NCBI GenBank assembly: GCA_963788655.1
Contig: CAWBHS010000089.1
Location: 1 to 64,000 of the forward strand
Reading direction: 5' to 3'
Source of the DNA: an uncultured Verrucomicrobiae bacterium
GTDB lineage: Bacteria; Verrucomicrobiota; Verrucomicrobiia; Limisphaerales; JAFGQR01
Length of the DNA stretch: 64,000 nt
The position numbers and the translations under genes were made by a program. The notes under the pieces were generated by a model. That model worked only from the letters and a program-made list of their open reading frames with translations. It was not told the DNA's origin and searched no databases. Within the stretch, counting starts at the first letter, position 1; every line of letters starts with the position of its first letter. Below are positions 31,002 through 41,118 of the stretch, one piece after another.

Positions 31002-31102
31002 AATCGTTGGTTAATTTTGCGATAATCGCGGTTTCTCTTTTGTGGAAAACTAGACTGCTTTGGCCCGGTGCGTCAACTGCGCAATGGCGAAATGTGGGCC
31101 CC

Positions 31103-31256
31103 GAATTCTCTCCCCGAGCCGGGGACGCTTCCTCACGGTAACAGCTCGGTTTCAAGCGGCGCCGAACAGAGCCGCAACGGTGCGAAAGCGCCTAAACCGT
31201 AACTGCGGGCGCTGCTAACCGGCGCCCTTGCGGGCTGGGCCGGCGAGGGAGAAATC
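31103..31256. ncRNA. Candidate ~150-nt rod-like structured RNA (6S-like?)
   Basis: Nested complementary segments from the ends to the apex, GNRA-capped hairpins, intergenic position. Confidence 0.4.
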
Positions 31257-31374
31257 ACTGAATAGTGAGCGACTGAAGTGATCGAAAGCGGTTGGCGAGG
31301 TGCCAACCTCTGCGCCCGGGGCGGGCGCGATCCCCTTCCCAACGGCAAACGGACGAATTCATTTCGGCGAGTTC

Positions 31375-32721
31375 TTACCCCATCAACGCCAGCGCCTTGT
31401 CCAAGCGCTGCAAAACCCGCTCTTTGCCCAGCACGGCCAGCAAGTGATACAGACTGGGACCAACCGGTTGGCCGGTGCAGGCCAATCGCGTGGGATGCAC
31501 GAGGATGCCGGTCTTGACGCCGAGTTCCTTGGCGGTGGCGGGAAGGGTGTTGCCGATGGTGTCGGCATCGAAACTCGTCAACCGGGCGAACTCTTCCCGC
31601 AGCCGTTGAATCCGCGGCTTGTTCTCCGGCACAAAATCCTTGCGAGCCGCTTCGGGATCGTAGCTCACATCTTCTTTGAAATAGAATCCCGCATACCCGT
31701 TGATTTCGCTGAACAGCTTCACCTTGCCCACGCAAGTGTCCAAGGCTGCTTTGACATATTCCAGCGGGAAATGGTTGGTATCGATGCCGGCCCGCGCCAA
31801 AGCGTGTACCGCCAGTTCATGGAACCGGTCGGGACTGATGGTCCGGGAATACTCGAAGTTCATCCACTTGAGCTTCTCCATGTCGAACCGCGCGTTGTGC
31901 CGGAGTACCTGCGGCAGGTCGAATCGCTCGACGATTTCGGTGAGGGGCATGATTTCGCGGTTTTCTTTGGGGGACCAGCCCAGCAGGCACAAATAATTGA
32001 GCACGGCTTCCGGGACGAAGCCCTCATCCAGGTAAGTCGTCAATGAGGCGCCCACGTCGCGCTTGCTCATCTTGGTGCCGTCCTGGTTGAGGATCAGCGG
32101 AATGTGCGCGTAACGCGGCGGCGGCACGTCGAAGGCCTGGAACAGCGCAATGTGCTTGGAGGTGTTGCTAAGATGGTCCTCGCCCCGGATAACGTGCGTG
32201 ATGCCCATGTCCAGATCGTCCACGACATTGGTGAGGTGAAACACCGGTTTACCGTCGGAACGGACAATGACAAAATCCGGATCCTGCGCTTCCCGGTCGG
32301 TCAACTCCCGCCGCACTTCGCCCACCACGAGGTCATCGATGAGGACCGGCTCGCGTTGCATCTTGAACTTGATGGCGCCGTCGTGTTCGTAGGCCAGGCC
32401 GTGGGAGAGCAGGGCTTCCACTCGACGTTCGTAATCCTTGCGACGCTGGCTCTGGAAATACGGGCCACAGTCACCCTTGAACGGCCCCGTGGCTTCGGAG
32501 GTCAAGGGGCCTTCGTCCCACACCAAGCCCAGCCAGCGCAGGCTGTTCAGCACCACATCGACGGCCTCCTGAGTGTTGCGGGCCGCGTCCGTGTCCTCAA
32601 TGCGCAGGACAAAGTCGCCCCCGGTGTGCCGGGCGTAAAGCCAGTTGAACAACGCCGTGCGGGCGCCACCGATGTGCAGGTAGCCGGTGGGGCTGGGGGC
32701 AAAACGAACGCGAGTTTTCAT
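31375..32721 (-). CDS. gltX: Glutamate--tRNA ligase
   Basis: RFAPSPTGYLHIGG, RGEDH, KMSKR. Confidence 0.97.
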   Translation of the reverse strand: MKTRVRFAPSPTGYLHIGGARTALFNWLYARHTGGDFVLRIEDTDAARNTQEAVDVVLNSLRWLGLVWDEGPLTSEATGPFKGDCGPYFQSQRRKDYERRVEALLSHGLAYEHDGAIKFKMQREPVLIDDLVVGEVRRELTDREAQDPDFVIVRSDGKPVFHLTNVVDDLDMGITHVIRGEDHLSNTSKHIALFQAFDVPPPRYAHIPLILNQDGTKMSKRDVGASLTTYLDEGFVPEAVLNYLCLLGWSPKENREIMPLTEIVERFDLPQVLRHNARFDMEKLKWMNFEYSRTISPDRFHELAVHALARAGIDTNHFPLEYVKAALDTCVGKVKLFSEINGYAGFYFKEDVSYDPEAARKDFVPENKPRIQRLREEFARLTSFDADTIGNTLPATAKELGVKTGILVHPTRLACTGQPVGPSLYHLLAVLGKERVLQRLDKALALMG

Positions 32722-32875
32722 AACCATTGATTTATTGCGCGACACAAGAAGATCCTTGTGCGTCCGAAACCTCACATCTGAGGTCTGTGGGAAGCTTAGG
32801 AAAGAACGACGGCAATGCAACCGCAAACGCGATCAACCGATTCGAATGGCCTGGGGATTGGTGGAACCGCCCTAA

Positions 32876-33043
32876 ACGCCGAAGACCGAAGGCTGAATTC
32901 CGAGAGCAATCCGAAATCGGAAGTCCGAAGCCTGAAACCGAAGGCGTTTCCGTTTCAATGGTGCGCCGCCCGAATTCCCTCCGGCCGGATCAATTTGAGA
33001 TTTCGGGCTTCGGGCTTCTTTCGGATCTCGGCATTCGGATTTC
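32876..33043. repeat. Inverted pair of degenerate heptamer arrays (CCGAA.. units / TTCGG.. units)
   Basis: CCGAAGACCGAAGGCTGAA..TCCGAAATCGGAAGTCCGAAG and TTTCGGGCTTCGGG..TTCGGATCTCGGCATTCGGATTTC. Confidence 0.75.
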
Positions 33044-33094
33044 AATCACCGGGTTTTGCCTTGAACTCCAGGGAACCGCCCCTAGAGTGGTCCA

Positions 33095-33984
33095 ATGAGT
33101 TTTGTACCGTTGACTCGGGGCTTGAGCCTGGCCTGTTTCTGTTGTCCGCCGGCATCGCCGCGGCCCAGGTGGACGTGGCGGTGGTTCTGGACCACGAGCA
33201 ATATCTCCAGGATGAATCGTTGCCGGTGGAAGTGCGGATTGCGAACCGGTCCGGCCAGGACTTGCACTTGGGGCAGGAAGGCTGGCTGACGTTTTCCATC
33301 GAACGGAAAGACGGATTCTTCGTGCGCCAACTCGGCAAGGTTCCGGTGAAGGGCAAGTTTACCTTGGAATCTTCCTATGAGGTCAAGCGGCGGCTGGATT
33401 TGATGCCGTATTTCAGTTTGAGTGAACCGGGGCGTTACTACGTGACGGCCATGGTGAAACTCAAGCAATGGGGCCAGGAAATCGGCAGCAAACCCAAATC
33501 ATTCGACATCACGCGGGGCGCGCGTATCTGGCAACAGGAATTTGGGGTGCCGACCACCGAGGGCATCCCGGAAACCCGCCGCTACGCGCTCATTCAGGCC
33601 AACAACTTCAAGCGGCTCATGCTGTATCTGCGCCTGACGGATCCGCTGGATCAAAAAGTGTTTCGGATGCTGGCGTTGGGACAATTGGTTTCCTTCAGCC
33701 GACCGGAAGCGCAGGTGGACAAAGAGAGCAATTTGCACGTTCTTTTCCAAACGGGAGCGCGGGCATTCCTCTACTACCGGATCAGTCCCCAGGGAACGGT
33801 GTTGCTACGTCAGACGCACGAATATGGCGCGACCCGTCCCGTTTTGAAGAACAATGAGGAAGGAAAGATCTTTGTGAGCGGAGGGGTTCGGCGGATCAAT
33901 TCGTTCGATATTCCGCCGCCCCCGAAAGCGGTGGTGCCAGAGCAACCGACAACCCCGGCGACGCAATCTCCTCGGCTGCCGTAA
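33095..33984 (+). CDS. Exported hypothetical protein (probable frameshift ~33138 within the signal peptide)
   Basis: ATG 33095 frame joins LSAGIAAAQVDV of the long ORF; Ig-like beta pattern. Confidence 0.65.
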
Positions 33985-33987
33985 CGG

Positions 33988-34528
33988 TCAGGCGAAAGCC
34001 AATTGCTGTTTGAGGTGAAGGATCTTGGCGGCGATGGCCGCGAGATCCGGGAGGACAAAATCGTGGTGAACCTGACCCACCCACGGGGATTCCACCAACA
34101 AGGAAAGTACATCCCGCCGTGCGCGCAGCTTCCGAGTCCTGCCACTTGTCGCTGATGATAAACGAATGGTCGAGGTTCAGGTGCCATTTGAAGGCGGCCT
34201 CGATCAGCAGACCCGGGCGCGGCTTGCGACACGGGCAATGGTCGGTTTCATCGTGCGGGCAGACCATGATGTCGTCCAGGGGGAAGGTGCGCCGGAGCAG
34301 GTCGTGCATCCGGTCCAACTCGCGCCGTGATTGATATCCCCGTGAAAGGCCGGGTTGATTCGTGGTGGCGATCAACACAAAACCGGCATCTTTCAGCGTC
34401 TTCAATGGGGCCACGGCCGCCTTGTTCACCTTGCACTCCTCCAACGTCAACGGAGTAATCTGGTGTCGCGGCCCGGTACGCACTTGGTTCAGGATTCCAT
34501 CGCGCTCTATGAACACAGCTCGCTTCAT
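33988..34528 (-). CDS. HAD-IIIA hydrolase, GmhB/HisB-like (frameshift ~34105)
   Basis: FIERDG, TNQPG, CPH..CPCRKP.PG. Confidence 0.85.
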
Positions 34529-34994
34529 AAAAATGCTAATAAGCATAAATGCGGCCCAAGGCTAAACTGAGAGCCAAAAAAAGCGGTGAGCCACTACCGG
34601 CACTGTTTTTTGGCATGTCCGCCTCAAGCCCCCGAAAGCCTCTGCCGATACGGCATGGCCATCGCGAGCCGGCCTTCCCGGCGCATCCTTGCCGCTGCCG
34701 AGCGGGAAGATTTTTCTCAACGTTGCGGCGGCATCCGAAAATCAATTCGGGCATGCCTGATGCCGAGTTGTCATCGGGATCATCCTTGAATTTGCTTTGC
34801 TCCGGCCTCTTTGCCCCGGTACGTCTTGGTAAGACAAAAACACTTTTCGGATTCATACGACATCTATAAGTGTGAACCCAAAATTTCAGATGGCGTCGCT
34901 CCACGCAATCAAAAACTTACTGATATTCTTGACCGGATCGGAGATTGGAAAGCGGGAGGGGCGCAGTGAGGTGGATGCTCATCCAAGCAACAAC

Positions 34995-35396
34995 TCACTG
35001 CACAAGATCCACGATGTCGCCTGGCTCCAGCGTGGGATCGACCTTCCGGGCCAGCAATTGAGACGGATCAACCGTGGTCACTTGGCCCCGATGGTTGACC
35101 AAAATGACCCGCGGATCGCCCAGCCCATCGTATTCGGCCAGCACCAGGGCTTGGGACAGGGTGAGATGTTCGGTCCATGGCACATGGGGTTTATGGACGG
35201 GACCGTTCACCACGACAAATTTGGTCCCGTTTTTGCCGTCATTCTGCCGGCTCATTTGTTGTTGCCGCCAGGCTTGTTGTTGTCCCGCCAGGAAGGCCAT
35301 CCGGGCTTGCATCCGAGCTTCGGACTTGGAAACGCAGCCGGTCGCCGGCAGCAGCAGGACCAACCAGAGCAATAACGTTAGCATCAAGGCATTCAT
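34995..35396 (-). CDS. Putative lipoprotein with beta-grasp-like C-terminus
   Basis: Lipobox ATGC; VNGPV, LEPGDIV. Confidence 0.65.
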   Translation of the reverse strand: MNALMLTLLLWLVLLLPATGCVSKSEARMQARMAFLAGQQQAWRQQQMSRQNDGKNGTKFVVVNGPVHKPHVPWTEHLTLSQALVLAEYDGLGDPRVILVNHRGQVTTVDPSQLLARKVDPTLEPGDIVDLVQ

Positions 35397-35415
35397 CGCC
35401 AGAGTCGCAAAATCA

Positions 35416-35895
35416 TCAGTGTGCGGGCGTTTCCTGCAGCAGCTCTACCGCGTGAGGAATCGCTTCGGACACAAAACTTAAACACTCGACGGCGGCATTT
35501 GGTTTCCCCGGAAGGCAAATTAACAAAGCCCGATCCACCACCACGGCCAGATTGCGCGACAGAATCGCGTGCGGAGTGATCTTCAGCGATTCGGCGCGCA
35601 TGACTTCGCCAAAGCCCGGCAAGTCCCGCACCGCGATCTCCCGAACCGCTTCCGGGGTAACATCCCGCGACGTGATGCCCGTGCCACCGGTGGTCAGAAT
35701 CAAGTGACAGTCTCGTGCAGCCTGAATTTGCACTGCCCGCTGAATATCATTTTTGTCATCGGGCACTGTAGCTTCCGCGAGGATGTTCCAACCATAGCCT
35801 GCCGCTGCCTGCCGGAGCGCGGGTCCGCTCAAGTCGGAGTATTCGCCGCGGAACGCGCGGTCGGAAATTGTGATAAGGCCGACGTTGATTCGCAT
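35416..35895 (-). CDS. mog: Molybdopterin adenylyltransferase MogA/MoaB family
   Basis: ITISDR, TTGGTG..RDVTPEA, LPGKP. Confidence 0.92.
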   Translation of the reverse strand: MRINVGLITISDRAFRGEYSDLSGPALRQAAAGYGWNILAEATVPDDKNDIQRAVQIQAARDCHLILTTGGTGITSRDVTPEAVREIAVRDLPGFGEVMRAESLKITPHAILSRNLAVVVDRALLICLPGKPNAAVECLSFVSEAIPHAVELLQETPAH

Positions 35896-35957
35896 GGGGC
35901 ATCCTAAGTTGCAGATTCCGTTGTTCAATCGGTAAAACGCAATGATTCGGGCATTCC

Positions 35958-36102
35958 GGGGAGCGCGCCCGCCTCGGGCGCAGTCAACGGCGCCCTCGCC
36001 GTTGACCCGGATGGGGCGCGGCTTTCGCCATCCCAATCGCTCCGCTCCGGCGGATGGTCGGCGCGGGGCGTACCGATCCAAAGGCGAGGCGCCTGTGCTC
36101 CC
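35958..36102. repeat. Second, partly deleted copy of the 18774-18918 palindromic element
   Basis: GGGAGCGCGCCCGCCTCGGGCGCAGTCAACGGCGCCCTCGCCGTTG ... GGCGAGGCGCC..GCTCCC. Confidence 0.85.
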
Positions 36103-36163
36103 CAGTTCCTTGGGACTGCACTCAAACGGATGGATCAGTTGCCGTTCAAAGCGCACGTTCGGT

Positions 36164-36616
36164 TCACGTTTTTGTCTTCGACACCAGCCGAACACTCGTG
36201 ATGCGCATGCGTGGGTCCACTGCTTTGCACATGTCGTAAATCGTCAGGGCCGCCACCGTGACAGCAGTCAGGGCTTCCATCTCGACCCCGGTTTGCGCGG
36301 CAATTTTGGCGGAGGCGGTGATGCAAATCCGGTCCTGAGTCTTGGGGGTGTCAAAATTTACTTCGCAATGGGTGATGGGTAACGGATGGCAAAGCGGGAT
36401 CAATTCGCCAGTCCGTTTGGCCGCCTGAATACCGGCCACGCGCGCCGTGGCCAGCACGTTGCCTTTGGCAATGCGGTTGGCTTGGATCAATTGGAGCGTG
36501 GCCTTTTGCAGACGGATTTCGCCACCGGCAACGGCTTCGCGCTTTTGGACGGGTTTGGCTGAAACGTCCACCATGCGGGCTTCACCGCGCGAATCGAGGT
36601 GACTGAATTGCTTCAT
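36164..36616 (-). CDS. moaC: Cyclic pyranopterin monophosphate synthase
   Basis: FSHLD..ARMVDVS, LIPLCHP, TGVEMEAL, IYDMCKA. Confidence 0.97.
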   Translation of the reverse strand: MKQFSHLDSRGEARMVDVSAKPVQKREAVAGGEIRLQKATLQLIQANRIAKGNVLATARVAGIQAAKRTGELIPLCHPLPITHCEVNFDTPKTQDRICITASAKIAAQTGVEMEALTAVTVAALTIYDMCKAVDPRMRITSVRLVSKTKT

Positions 36617-37392
36617 GGCCGCCGAGTTGAGGCGATGGACTGCATCCATTCGCCAACCGCCGCGCGCATTTGCTCGGCGGCGTTGAGATGGGGTTTGACG
36701 AATTTGGGGGTGAACCAGGGAAAGGTGCCCAATAGATCGTGCGAAACCAGAATTTGTCCGTCGCAATCCGGCCCGGACCCGATGCCAATCGTCGGGATGG
36801 GGATCTCCCGCGTGATCTCCGCCGCGACCGGTGGCGTGACCAATTCCAGCACCAGCGCCGTGGCACCGGCTTCCACCAACGCCCGGGCATCGGCCAACAA
36901 GGCTTGGCGCTGTTCTTCGGTCTTACCTTTGACGTGATAACCGCCTTCCGCTCGTACGCTTTGGGGGAGCATGCCCAAGTGGCCGATATACGGAATGCCG
37001 GTCGCGACAATCCCCCGCACTTGTTCGATGATGCCGCGGCCGCCTTCGGCTTTGACCACTTCGGCTCCGGCCGCGACCAATCGGCGCGCATTGGCCAGGG
37101 CGGCTTCCACAGTGTCGCAACTGTGAAAGGGCAGGTCCGCGCCCAGCAGCGCCCGCGGTTGGGCGCGAGCGGCGGCGCGGACGTGATGCTCCATTTCATC
37201 CATGGTCACAAGGGTGGTGTCCGGATACCCCAGCACCACCATGCCTAGCGAGTCGCCGACCAGCAAAAACGGCACACCCGTTTCGTCCAGGAGCTTTGTC
37301 ATCGGATAATCGTAGGCAGTCAGAGCCGCGATCTTCTCGCCGCGCGGTTTCATGGCGCGGAGGGCTTCGGCGGTCACTTTGCTTTGTCGCAT
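36613..37392 (-). CDS. panB: 3-methyl-2-oxobutanoate hydroxymethyltransferase
   Basis: LTAYD, LVGDSLG, GIGSG..CDGQILV. Confidence 0.97.
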   Translation of the reverse strand: MRQSKVTAEALRAMKPRGEKIAALTAYDYPMTKLLDETGVPFLLVGDSLGMVVLGYPDTTLVTMDEMEHHVRAAARAQPRALLGADLPFHSCDTVEAALANARRLVAAGAEVVKAEGGRGIIEQVRGIVATGIPYIGHLGMLPQSVRAEGGYHVKGKTEEQRQALLADARALVEAGATALVLELVTPPVAAEITREIPIPTIGIGSGPDCDGQILVSHDLLGTFPWFTPKFVKPHLNAAEQMRAAVGEWMQSIASTRRP

Positions 37393-37625
37393 GAACCAAC
37401 GATTGCCGTGCCGACCCGCAGCGACAAGCGCAAAATGGTTGAAGGAAAGCTTTCCACGTCGCCGGCTGCAAAACTGGCGTTACTGGCTGTATCGCGGACT
37501 TTCAAGTCGGCTTGTGAGGCGAGGCGTTAACGCGAGCTTTGGGCTGCTGGAAACTCAGGTATTACCAGGCTGAACCAGAACTCGCTTGGCAGTCACCGGG
37601 CCTTTTGCTTAGCTGAGCGCGTTCA

Positions 37626-39794
37626 ATGCACAAGCGTCACGCCATCGTATTGTTGTTGTTCTGCCTGGGATGGGCAGCGTTGGCGGGCGCCCAGGAGAGT
37701 CCGCGCTGGGAGATTCACGCCGAGCAAGGGGTGAATATGAATTTCGAAACCGGCCTGGTCACCACGACCAACGGGATTTCGGTGAAGTATGCTGATTCAT
37801 TGCTTACCGCCCGCAATGCTACCTTGAACCAACGCACCGGCGAGATCACCGCCGAGGGTGACGTGCGCTTGGAACGGCAGGGCGTCGTTTGGCTCGGGAA
37901 AAGCCTCCAATACAATTTCATCACCGGCAAGGTAATTGCGCGGAATTTTAAAACCGGGCAGCCGCCATTCTTCGTGGGGGCCGAGGCAGTGGTCGGCGAC
38001 ACCAAGGCCGGGATTTACGCCGCCGCCAACGGGATGCTCACCACCGATGACGTTGCCAAACCCGGTTATAGTATCCGGGCCAAGTCAATCGTGGTCGTTC
38101 CCGGCGAATACATCATGGCCCGAAACGCGGTATTGTATTTGGGCAAAGTCCCGGTGTTTTGGTTTCCGTATTACCGCCGGAGCCTGGTTCGCCATCCGAA
38201 CTATTGGACGCTGGTGCCCGGCTACCGCAGTCGGGATGGCGCGTACCTGCTTTCGGCGTACAACTGGTATTGGAGCGAACGTTTGGACGGAGCGATGCAT
38301 CTCGACGGGCGATGGAAGCGCGGCGTGGGGGTGGGGCCGGATTTCAACTGGCACCTGCCGCGGTTTGGCGAGGGACAGTTCAAATACTATTACCTCCACG
38401 ATCTGGAGCCCGGTATGACCACCACGGACCGGCCCATCAAGGAGGACCGTCAGCGGGTTTGGTTTTCCCATCAGGTGGCGATCAATTCGAACCTGACCGC
38501 CAAGGCGATGGTGCGCTGGCAGAGCGATCCGATGATTGTCCGGGACTTCTTCGAAAGCGAATATCAGGAGAATCCTCAACCCAGCACCTATCTCGAGGTG
38601 AACCAGCAATGGACGAATTTCACCCTGAACCTCCTGGCGCAACCACGCGTCAACCGGTTCTTTGAAACGGTCGAGCAATTGCCGGATCTCCGCTTGTCGG
38701 GACTGCGGCAGCAGCTTGGCCGGACCCCGTTGTACTACGACAGCGAAAGCTCACTCGGCTGGTACCGGCGCAAGTTTGCCGAGAACGAGACCAACAATTA
38801 TTCGGCACTGCGGGCGGACACGTTCCATCAAGTATTGCTGCCGCACACCTTCTTTGGCTGGCTGAACGTCACCCCGCGCGTGGGCGGCCGGTTCACGCAC
38901 TACGGGGAATCAGATCCTTACGGGCGAGCGTTGTCCGAGCGTGACCGGGGCGTGTTCAACACCGGCGTGGAAATGACCTTCAAGGCCTCGCGGGTCTGGC
39001 CCGACGTGCGCAGCCGGTTTTGGCAACTGGACGGATTGCGGCACATCATCGAACCGGGGATCAATTATGCCTACGTGCCCCGGCCCAATCGGACGCCGGA
39101 CGAATTGCCGCAGTTTCAATTTGAATTGCCCACCACGCGGCTGTTGCCGATCATGTATCCCGCCTACAACGCCATCGACTCGATTGACAGCCAGAATGTG
39201 CTGCGATTGTCATTGCGCAATCTGCTCCAAACCAAACGCCAGGGACGCATCGAAGACTTCCTGCACTGGGCGGTGGTCACGGATTGGCGGCTCAAACCGC
39301 GCGCGGACCAAAGCACGTTTTCCGACCTGTATTCCCAGATGGATTTACAGCCGTTTTCCTGGGTGACGCTTAGCTCCGATTTGCGGATTGGTTTGGACAA
39401 TCCCCGCGTCCGGGAGGCCAATCACGGTCTGACGCTGGCTCCGAACTCCCACTGGAGCGTGAACTTCAGCCATCGGTATCTCGAGACGGACCTGGCCACC
39501 GGTCTGGGCACGGGCAACAACCTCTTTTCCAGCACGCTCTATTATCGGCTCAACGAGAACTGGGGCACGCGGGCCTATTGGCGTTACGAGGCGCGCGACA
39601 AGGTTTTGGAAGAACAACAATACACGCTCTACCGGGATTTCCGCAGTTGGACTGGCGCGCTCACCTTGCGGGTGCGGGACAATCGTAACGGCCCGACCGA
39701 TTTCACGGTGGCGGTGACGTTCTCCTTGAAAGCTTTCCCGCGCTTCGATTTGGGCGAGGACGTCAATCATCCATCGCGGTTGCTCGGATATTGA
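37626..39794 (+). CDS. lptD: LPS-assembly protein LptD
   Basis: Signal peptide, OstA-like N-domain, VPVFWFPY, RHIIEP, beta-barrel pattern. Confidence 0.85.
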   Translation: MHKRHAIVLLLFCLGWAALAGAQESPRWEIHAEQGVNMNFETGLVTTTNGISVKYADSLLTARNATLNQRTGEITAEGDVRLERQGVVWLGKSLQYNFITGKVIARNFKTGQPPFFVGAEAVVGDTKAGIYAAANGMLTTDDVAKPGYSIRAKSIVVVPGEYIMARNAVLYLGKVPVFWFPYYRRSLVRHPNYWTLVPGYRSRDGAYLLSAYNWYWSERLDGAMHLDGRWKRGVGVGPDFNWHLPRFGEGQFKYYYLHDLEPGMTTTDRPIKEDRQRVWFSHQVAINSNLTAKAMVRWQSDPMIVRDFFESEYQENPQPSTYLEVNQQWTNFTLNLLAQPRVNRFFETVEQLPDLRLSGLRQQLGRTPLYYDSESSLGWYRRKFAENETNNYSALRADTFHQVLLPHTFFGWLNVTPRVGGRFTHYGESDPYGRALSERDRGVFNTGVEMTFKASRVWPDVRSRFWQLDGLRHIIEPGINYAYVPRPNRTPDELPQFQFELPTTRLLPIMYPAYNAIDSIDSQNVLRLSLRNLLQTKRQGRIEDFLHWAVVTDWRLKPRADQSTFSDLYSQMDLQPFSWVTLSSDLRIGLDNPRVREANHGLTLAPNSHWSVNFSHRYLETDLATGLGTGNNLFSSTLYYRLNENWGTRAYWRYEARDKVLEEQQYTLYRDFRSWTGALTLRVRDNRNGPTDFTVAVTFSLKAFPRFDLGEDVNHPSRLLGY

Positions 39795-39902
39795 CGCCGA
39801 TCATCGGCAACAGGCCAAGGTGGAGAAGAACATTGTGACGAAGAGAAGGTGTTTACACTGGTAGCCTACGATTGCGTTAACCAAAGAGACATCCTCTGAA
39901 GG

Positions 39903-40862
39903 TCAACTTGTTTCTGCTTGTACTGATGGTTGGCTTGTTCCTTTTCGCATAGCATCCAGTCGCGTTTGTAGAGCGGCAAGGTCGTGCAGGTAAATCGCGC
40001 CAATATCGTCGAGAGTCTTCTGGTAGGCGGCGGCGGCCCGTCCTCCGATGAGAATAATTGCTTCGCCCGGCAACAACTGGCGCAATCGCTTGAGCTCGGC
40101 TTCGAGATACGGATCGTCTTCGGGATAGACCAGGCTCAGCGCCACGGCGCGCGCGCGGTTTTGCAGGGCGGCGCCCGCAATCTCCTCGGCCGGCAAGCAT
40201 GGTCCCAGATAAGTCACCCGCCATCCTAGATTGCTGGCGGTGACCGCCACCATGACAGCGCCCAGTTCGTGCAACTGTCCGGGTGGAGTAGTCACCAGCA
40301 ATCGCGGCGAGCTTTCCGGCAGCGTGTAGGCGCGCGCAAAACTCCCCAGAAAGGTTCGAATGACCGCGGTGGCAATATGCTCGTGGGCCACCTTGAGCGT
40401 CCCGCCCTGCCAGCAATCGCCAATTTGCTGAATCAAGGGCACCATGACTTGCTGCAACAAACCGAGCTGACCCAGTTCCGAGGCGCCCCGGCTCAGCACG
40501 TTTTCAAGCCCCTGTCCGTCGAGTCGCTTGATGGCCGCCAGTCCTTCGGCGACATAATCCGGCTTGATGGATTTGCCCGGGGCAGGCGGGGCGGAGGGCT
40601 GGCGATTGACTTGCCGCTCCGCCTTCAGCAACTCGCTCAATTCCGAGTGCGACAACCGGGCGATTTGACCGATGTGATGGCCCGCCTGTGTCGCCTCGTG
40701 AAGCAATTGTAGGCGGGCTATCTCGGCCTCGCTGTAGAGTCGGCGTTTGGTTTCACTCCGCTCGGGCTTCACCGCTCCGTAACGCCGTTCCCACATACGA
40801 ATCAAATGTGGGCTCAGTCCCGTCCGTCGCGCCACAACCTTCATCGAATGTAAATATCCCAT
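39903..40862 (-). CDS. carH: MerR-family B12-binding photoreceptor/repressor, CarH/LitR type
   Basis: MerR HTH (IRMWERRYG), W-x9-EH (WQGGTLKVAHEH), HELG B12 motif; adjacent to crt genes. Confidence 0.9.
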   Translation of the reverse strand: MGYLHSMKVVARRTGLSPHLIRMWERRYGAVKPERSETKRRLYSEAEIARLQLLHEATQAGHHIGQIARLSHSELSELLKAERQVNRQPSAPPAPGKSIKPDYVAEGLAAIKRLDGQGLENVLSRGASELGQLGLLQQVMVPLIQQIGDCWQGGTLKVAHEHIATAVIRTFLGSFARAYTLPESSPRLLVTTPPGQLHELGAVMVAVTASNLGWRVTYLGPCLPAEEIAGAALQNRARAVALSLVYPEDDPYLEAELKRLRQLLPGEAIILIGGRAAAAYQKTLDDIGAIYLHDLAALQTRLDAMRKGTSQPSVQAETS

Positions 40863-40877
40863 CTAAGTTTATGACTT

Positions 40878-41070
40878 TAGACAAAGCATAAACAAATGGC
40901 AAATAATTAAGAAAATGGTGAATGATCATGGGTTTATCAGGATTTTAGATTTTTCACAATTTATTTACTAACAACACAATACGCAATTAATACGTTGAAA
41001 TCTAGCCTCGGAAGCTTAAAAGTTATACAAAATATTGACAAACAAACAAATATGAGACAAATATAAGACA
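40878..41070. promoter_or_regulatory. Divergent promoter region with 11-bp-periodic ACA repeats (putative CarH operators) and TTGACA at 41035-41040
   Basis: TagACA/TaaACA at 40878 and 40889; TatACA/TtgACA at 41024 and 41035; further ACA at 41046, 41057, 41068. Confidence 0.7.
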
Positions 41071-41118
41071 TGAAGGCGCGGTCCTGAGCGGATCATCGGA
41101 ACTGAAAGACAAAACAAC

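Noticed and set aside
31110..31230. c-di-GMP-I, Moco or SRP RNA assignment for the structured region
   Set aside because: Fragments (GGGACGC, GAAA loop, CCTAAAC, CCGTGAGGAAGC) are present but not in the required order or context
34560..34990. Sigma-54 promoters or small ORFs upstream of the HAD gene
   Set aside because: Only minimal GG-N10-GC matches in GC-rich DNA; ORFs lack recognisable features
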